From positions 7,974 through 71,973 of the forward strand of contig JBDRPX010000012.1 in NCBI GenBank assembly GCA_043826565.1: a stretch of 64,000 bases of DNA. Reading direction: 5' to 3'. The stretch comes from Candidatus Omnitrophota bacterium (GTDB lineage Bacteria; Omnitrophota; Gorgyraeia; B26-G9). Shown in pieces: positions 59,464-64,000 of this stretch. A program made the position numbers and the translations under genes. Position 1 is the first letter of the stretch; each line of letters starts with the position of its first letter. The notes beneath the pieces are model-generated. The model ran no database searches, was not told the origin of the DNA, and saw nothing but the letters and a program-made list of their open reading frames with translations.

Positions 59464-59492
59464 TTGAAAAGTCTAATAAAATATGGTATACT
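59464..59492 (+). promoter_or_regulatory. Sigma70-like promoter TTGAAA-17-TATACT driving the riboswitch
   Basis: Read directly. Confidence 0.45.
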
Positions 59493-59519
59493 TTAATTAG
59501 AGAGTATAAGGGAACTCTA

Positions 59520-59680
59520 TACCGATAATAGCAAACTCAGCGAAAGCTGGGGACGCAAAGCTCCAGAGCCTGAACCCGCCGAGAACTGCGGCGGAATGGC
59601 AGTCAGCTACCGAAGATAGGGTAATTTTTTTTGGAATTACTTTACCCCGTGGTGTAGCTATTGCCGCGGGGTTTTTTATT
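59520..59680 (+). promoter_or_regulatory. c-di-GMP-I (GEMM) riboswitch with intrinsic terminator expression platform
   Basis: AGCAAACUCAGCGAAAGCUGGGGACGCAAAGCUCCAGAGCCUGAACC matches the GEMM core (GGCAAACC...CGAAAG...GGGACGCAAAGCCUCCGGCCUAAACC of Vc2). GAAA tetraloop hairpin CAGC-GAAA-GCUG. P2 CCGCCG/CGGCGG. Terminator CCCCGUGG...CCGCGGGG plus U6 at 59644-59678. Confidence 0.7.
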
Positions 59681-59695
59681 TGCGAGATAAGGAGA

Positions 59696-60097
59696 GTGAT
59701 GATGGTTAGAATAAAAAAAGATAGGAGAGGTTTTAGTTTAGTTGAAATAATGATCGTTTGTTTATTTTTGGTTATTATTGTTTTTGGATTTATTTATCTT
59801 TTTAATGTCAGCTTATACTTGAACGAACAAACAAGAAATTCTATTATCGCGATCAATGACGCCGTTGCTGTGGTAGAGCGGATTAAAAATATTGAGCCGT
59901 TTTCTGTAACAAATTTAATCGCCGGTTATCCGGATGCGGGGTATATTGCCGGATATAATAATTTGGATAGTGAAAGCGTGCAGGTTAATTATGGGAATTT
60001 GGCGGCAGATCCGGTATTGGTAACGGTAACCGTGACTTGGCAGGGGAAAGAGCGTATTTTTTCAGAAGAGGTATCTACTTTTGTGACTAAACGATAA
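59696..60097 (+). CDS. Type IV prepilin-like protein
   Basis: DRRG^FSLVEIMIVCLFLVII prepilin cleavage motif. RBS AAGGAGAG. Confidence 0.75.
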   Translation: MMMVRIKKDRRGFSLVEIMIVCLFLVIIVFGFIYLFNVSLYLNEQTRNSIIAINDAVAVVERIKNIEPFSVTNLIAGYPDAGYIAGYNNLDSESVQVNYGNLAADPVLVTVTVTWQGKERIFSEEVSTFVTKR

Positions 60098-60118
60098 GAA
60101 TGGAAGACGGAGCTTACA

Positions 60119-60961
60119 ATGGGAAATAAAAAGATTAATAATAACAGAATAACTTCAGTGCGCGGAGTATCTTTAACGGAACTTCTAATTGTAAGTGTTA
60201 TTTTTTGCTTTATTACCGCGGTCTTATTAACAGTTTTATCTGTTTCTAAAAGCGCCTGGTATATTTCGGATACGCGCTCGGATGTTTACACTAATGCAAA
60301 GAAAGCAATGAGTGAGATGTTTATGGAGCTATTGGAGACCTCCAGCGGCGCCGTCGAAACATTTACTTTTATTGATCCGATAGACGGCGAATATAGAGAA
60401 TGTCTTTGGTTTGCTTCCGGAAGAGGAAGTGCTTCTGCGGCCGGAGAAGACGGCAGTGCAAATAATAGTTATGTGCATCTTGACGCGGATAATGTAGTAA
60501 GCTGGCGCGCGCTTGTTGTATACGCGATATATGAAACTCCGGATGGAGTGCAGCAATTAAGGCGTTATGTTGATCATGGGTCATCAACCGCATATTATAG
60601 CGGAGGTAATATTTTCCCGCTTACTTTTCTTTCCGCAACAACGACAACACTTAATTTTTTAGAAGCTGATGGAGTAACTGTTATTAGTATTAATCGAACC
60701 GGCGGAAGGGTTTTGGCGAATTATGTGGAAACCGAAGATACCAACAACAATGCAGTTTTAGATAGTAATGAGGATGATGGGGATATAAGTCAACCCCAGG
60801 ATAATGCTGACGGAGTACTTAATTCCGGTGTGAATTTTACAAAAAATGTAGGTAGTGTGGACATTACTTTATTTCTAAGAAGAGAAACAACTGCTCTAAG
60901 GGGAAGCGGTAGGGTATTAACGAGTACTTTAAGAAATACAGTTAAATTTCGTCAGCCATAG
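60119..60961 (+). CDS. Type IV prepilin-like minor pilin (280 aa)
   Basis: RG^VSLTELLIVSVIFCFI prepilin-type N-terminus. Confidence 0.6.
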   Translation: MGNKKINNNRITSVRGVSLTELLIVSVIFCFITAVLLTVLSVSKSAWYISDTRSDVYTNAKKAMSEMFMELLETSSGAVETFTFIDPIDGEYRECLWFASGRGSASAAGEDGSANNSYVHLDADNVVSWRALVVYAIYETPDGVQQLRRYVDHGSSTAYYSGGNIFPLTFLSATTTTLNFLEADGVTVISINRTGGRVLANYVETEDTNNNAVLDSNEDDGDISQPQDNADGVLNSGVNFTKNVGSVDITLFLRRETTALRGSGRVLTSTLRNTVKFRQP

Positions 60962-60981
60962 TGTTGAAAAAGGAGGCGTTT

Positions 60982-62043
60982 ATGTTAAAAAATGAAAAAG
61001 GAATGGTTTTAATCGTATTGTATTTGGTAGTGGGAGTATTGCTGGTATTTGTGGGAATGTTTTCATACAAAAGTATGTGGCAGGCCAAGACAGTGGAACG
61101 CTATAAAAATGGGGTAACATCTTTTTATTGCGCGGAAGCAGCTATTGACAAGGCTGTGGCAAAGTTGCCGAGCAATACTTCTTCGGAAAGCAATGTTGTT
61201 TTAAGTGATACCGGCGGGCAAGCTAGGGGAGAATTTTCTTATGTTGTTACCACTGTTGAAGTAGGTAAAAAATGGAAAGTGGAAAGTTGGGGCTATGTTC
61301 CGGATCAGGCTACGGCGGTTTCCGCCAGCAATTTGGAAGCTTATGTTGCTAAACAGGATCTGCCGTCTAATTTCTGGGAAAATGCGATATACACTGCGGG
61401 AAATGTAAGAGTTAACGGCAGTGCTTATGATATAGACGGAGATATTCGTTATGGAGGGTCGATGCTTCCCGGAGCATTGGATCCGACGATCTTTAGCGGA
61501 ACCTCTTATCCGGACGCAAGTATTAACCCTTTGGTGAGGTTAGATTATGACAATCTTAAACTTATTGCCGAAGCTCAGATTAAAGCTGACGGAAGCGATA
61601 ATGTTTACACCTTTAGTGAAATAGCTGCGGGAAATCCGCCGTTTCCCTCGACTTTTTGGTTTGATAGTTCAGACGCTGATCCTACAAAATGGGTTCCTAA
61701 TGTTGTCTATGTGGAAACAGATTTAATCCTCAACGGAAATGTTGGGACGATTGGAGGATTTTTACTGGTCGTCGGAGATGTTGTTACTAATCCGGGAGCA
61801 ACTTCAGAAACCATTATCAACGGAAACGGCCAAATTGACGGCTGTGTTTATAGTACCGGGCAGTTTCGAATTAATGGCGGTGGAGCAGGTCTTAATGTGC
61901 ATGGCGGAGTGTGGTCAGGCAGTGATGGGGTTCGTTTAAACGGCAGTATAACCATAGAATATGATGAAGACTATATGAATGCGATACGAGATGTTATTTG
62001 TCCAAGTTCAACTATACAGATTATTTCCTGGCGTAAGTTATAA
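60982..62043 (+). CDS. PilX_N-domain pilus-associated protein
   Basis: RBS AGGAGG. KGMVLIVLYLVVGVLLVFVGMF ... YCAEAAIDKA matches the PilX N-terminal pattern. Confidence 0.55.
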   Translation: MLKNEKGMVLIVLYLVVGVLLVFVGMFSYKSMWQAKTVERYKNGVTSFYCAEAAIDKAVAKLPSNTSSESNVVLSDTGGQARGEFSYVVTTVEVGKKWKVESWGYVPDQATAVSASNLEAYVAKQDLPSNFWENAIYTAGNVRVNGSAYDIDGDIRYGGSMLPGALDPTIFSGTSYPDASINPLVRLDYDNLKLIAEAQIKADGSDNVYTFSEIAAGNPPFPSTFWFDSSDADPTKWVPNVVYVETDLILNGNVGTIGGFLLVVGDVVTNPGATSETIINGNGQIDGCVYSTGQFRINGGGAGLNVHGGVWSGSDGVRLNGSITIEYDEDYMNAIRDVICPSSTIQIISWRKL

Positions 62044-62161
62044 CAGCTAAGGTTTGGTTGACGCGGTTTTTTATATAGGTTATACTTAACAAGTAAACTA
62101 TATATTTAACAAAATATTAGTTTATATTATTAATGAACTAAAGATGGATAATGAGGTTGAA

Positions 62162-62575
62162 ATGCGCAATAGACAGGGAAAAGGGTTTACCCTTATTGAG
62201 CTGTTGATCAGTTTGACAGTAATGTCGATAGTCCTGCTCGGCATAATCTCCGGATATATCGGATGTATATCCATAAACGAGATGTCGAAGAGTACAACTA
62301 TCGCTACCGAAGATGCCCGGAAAGTGATTGAACAAATGCGCAGTTACGCGGTTAGCTCCTTGACGAATATAACTAATGAAAATTGGACGACCTGGGCGGC
62401 GGCTAATGGGTTGAATGCTTTGGACTCTGAGCAGATCACCGTGACCTATTTTGATAATGACGGAAACGGAAATGCTTTGGATGATGATCCTTTGGAAGTG
62501 CGGGTGAGTGTGTCCTGGCAGGACAGACAGCGCGCCAGAAGCCTGAATATGGGAACATTACTAACGGTAAGATAA
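62162..62575 (+). CDS. Type IV prepilin-like protein
   Basis: RQGKG^FTLIELLISLTVMSIVLL. Confidence 0.75.
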   Translation: MRNRQGKGFTLIELLISLTVMSIVLLGIISGYIGCISINEMSKSTTIATEDARKVIEQMRSYAVSSLTNITNENWTTWAAANGLNALDSEQITVTYFDNDGNGNALDDDPLEVRVSVSWQDRQRARSLNMGTLLTVR

Positions 62576-63106
62576 GTGATGATAAATATGAAAAAAGGAG
62601 AAAGCGGATTTACTTTTGTTGAATTAATGGTTGTAGTCTCTATTTTCGGGATGATTGTCATCGTTATCGCGGCAATTTTATCCGGCGGAAGGCGGGCCTG
62701 GCTGACCAGCGAAGCGCAGATTGATGTCCATTCCTCGGTACGCGGGGCGATGAGCAGGATAACTGAGGAAATCGGCGGGGCTGGCCCGGGGAATGTTTCC
62801 ATTACTAATATTAGCGCGAGTGAGGATAATATTACTTTCCGGAATCCGATTTCTTTTACCAGCGGCGCGGTAGTTTGGAGTGATCAAATTCAATTTTCTC
62901 TGGGCGGTCTTAACGGGCAGCAGATTGTCCGGACTAATCTTAATACCGGAGCAACGGATAATTTTGGGAATTATATTACAACATTACAATTTGCGCAGCC
63001 GGCAACGGATATTATTGAAGTGGGGCTGGTAACAGCCCGTCAGTCGGTTATCGGTGATAATTTACAGATGCAGTTGACTTCTCAGGTGACGCTGCGTAAC
63101 AGATAA
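62576..63106 (+). CDS. Type IV prepilin-like protein (start possibly ATG 62588)
   Basis: KGESG^FTFVELMVVVSIFGMIVIV. Confidence 0.75.
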   Translation: MMINMKKGESGFTFVELMVVVSIFGMIVIVIAAILSGGRRAWLTSEAQIDVHSSVRGAMSRITEEIGGAGPGNVSITNISASEDNITFRNPISFTSGAVVWSDQIQFSLGGLNGQQIVRTNLNTGATDNFGNYITTLQFAQPATDIIEVGLVTARQSVIGDNLQMQLTSQVTLRNR

Positions 63107-63117
63107 GGGAGGTATGC

Positions 63118-64000
63118 TGTGAATAAGCATCTTAAGAATTTAACAAAAAAACTGCAGAGTGAAGACGGCGCGGCAATGGTATTTCTTTTTATGGTAATGA
63201 TTGTTCTGACCATTCTGTTTATTTCGTTTATGTCGCGAAGTGTCGGCGATAACCGGGCGGCGCAAGGCAATAAGGATGTTCTGCAGGCATGGTACTTAGC
63301 GGAAGCAGGTATTGATCAGGTAAAACGGGAATTATATGAGTTGTTCTCGGTGTATTATGTTACTCAGGGGCAGACCACAACGGCATTTACGTGGTTTGAT
63401 GATCTGACTACTGATCCGACAAGTAAATACCCGGGTATCCCGACCGGTCAAACATTAACCAGCGTATCCGGAGGTTCTTATACTGTACAAATAACCGCAG
63501 TGGATACAGCTACGGCAGTGCCTAAAGATATTACGGTTGTCAGTACGGCTACGGTGAATAATGTTTCTAAAAGTGTAACTGCGGTTATCCGTTATTCCAT
63601 GAGCCCTTCTAAAGTATTTGATTTCTCTTATTTTGTTAATAATTACGGCTGGTTTTGGGGCGGCGGAATAACCAGCCAGGGAGATATCCGTTCCAACGGT
63701 GATTTTAGTTTTGGCGGTAATCCGGAAGTAAACGGAGATGTTTATGCTTCGGTAAATCCGGATCTGGGCGCCGCCGGAACAATTGGCGGTAATCACAAAA
63801 ATGATACGCTTAGCCAGTATTGGACACAGGCTGATGCTCAGGCCCGCCCGACAAACCCCACAGCTAATCCGCAGGATATTGACGGAGACGGCATCGATGA
63901 AGAATTTGATTATGAGCATGGGTATGACGGGGATAGTGAGGAATTTCCCTCACAGCAGTTATTAGATATGCCGTATCTGGGCAATCTTGATTATTATAAA
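63118..64000 (+). CDS. PilX_N-domain / tip-adhesin-like protein, 3' end outside window (GTG start)
   Basis: GTG after GGGAGG. MVFLFMVMIVLTILFISFMS ... VLQAWYLAEAGIDQV is PilX_N-like. The frame stays open to the window end. Gly/Asn-rich repeats resemble the 12163-13245 protein. Confidence 0.55.

Overview
Gene-dense, AT-rich bacterial chromosome window (about 64 kb), almost all genes on the + strand with strong AGGAGG-type ribosome-binding sites. The content (rubrerythrin-like protein, flavoprotein, sulfide-type Thi4, Fe-S-type MnmA, DUF362 plus polyferredoxin, B12-radical SAM) suggests an anaerobe. Main content, in order: (1) a signalling locus with 16 receiver (REC) domains in the first 21 kb, including 4 histidine kinases, many single-domain CheY-like response regulators, an orphan Fis-type HTH protein and two small MerR/Xis-like HTH proteins; (2) within it, a type IV pilus / T2SS-like assembly operon: pilB ATPase, pilC platform, major pilin, three minor pilins, a PilM-PilN fusion, PilO and a PilP-like protein; (3) a TonB-dependent receptor; (4) an 11.5-kb segment containing mutS-mutL that is bracketed by two ~230-bp inverted repeats about 97% identical; (5) housekeeping genes (MFS transporter, def, cyclophilin, HAD, FAH, YihY); (6) a convergent cluster with a B12-binding radical SAM enzyme, two SGNH hydrolases and a glycoside-hydrolase-like protein; (7) an Rrf2-regulated sulfur-insertion cluster (Thi4, LarE-like PP-loop ATPase, MnmA, NadA, DUF362, polyferredoxin); (8) a second pilin operon (4 prepilins plus 2 PilX_N proteins) preceded by a sequence matching the c-di-GMP-I (GEMM) riboswitch consensus with an intrinsic terminator. 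I also noted a candidate ~190-nt structured ncRNA, two MITE-like TCAAAA-repeat elements, a recurring promoter-like intergenic motif and a peptide deformylase with a mutated HEXXH motif. No transposase, integrase, CRISPR array, tRNA or rRNA was recognised. All calls are by eye on sequence motifs, without database searches.
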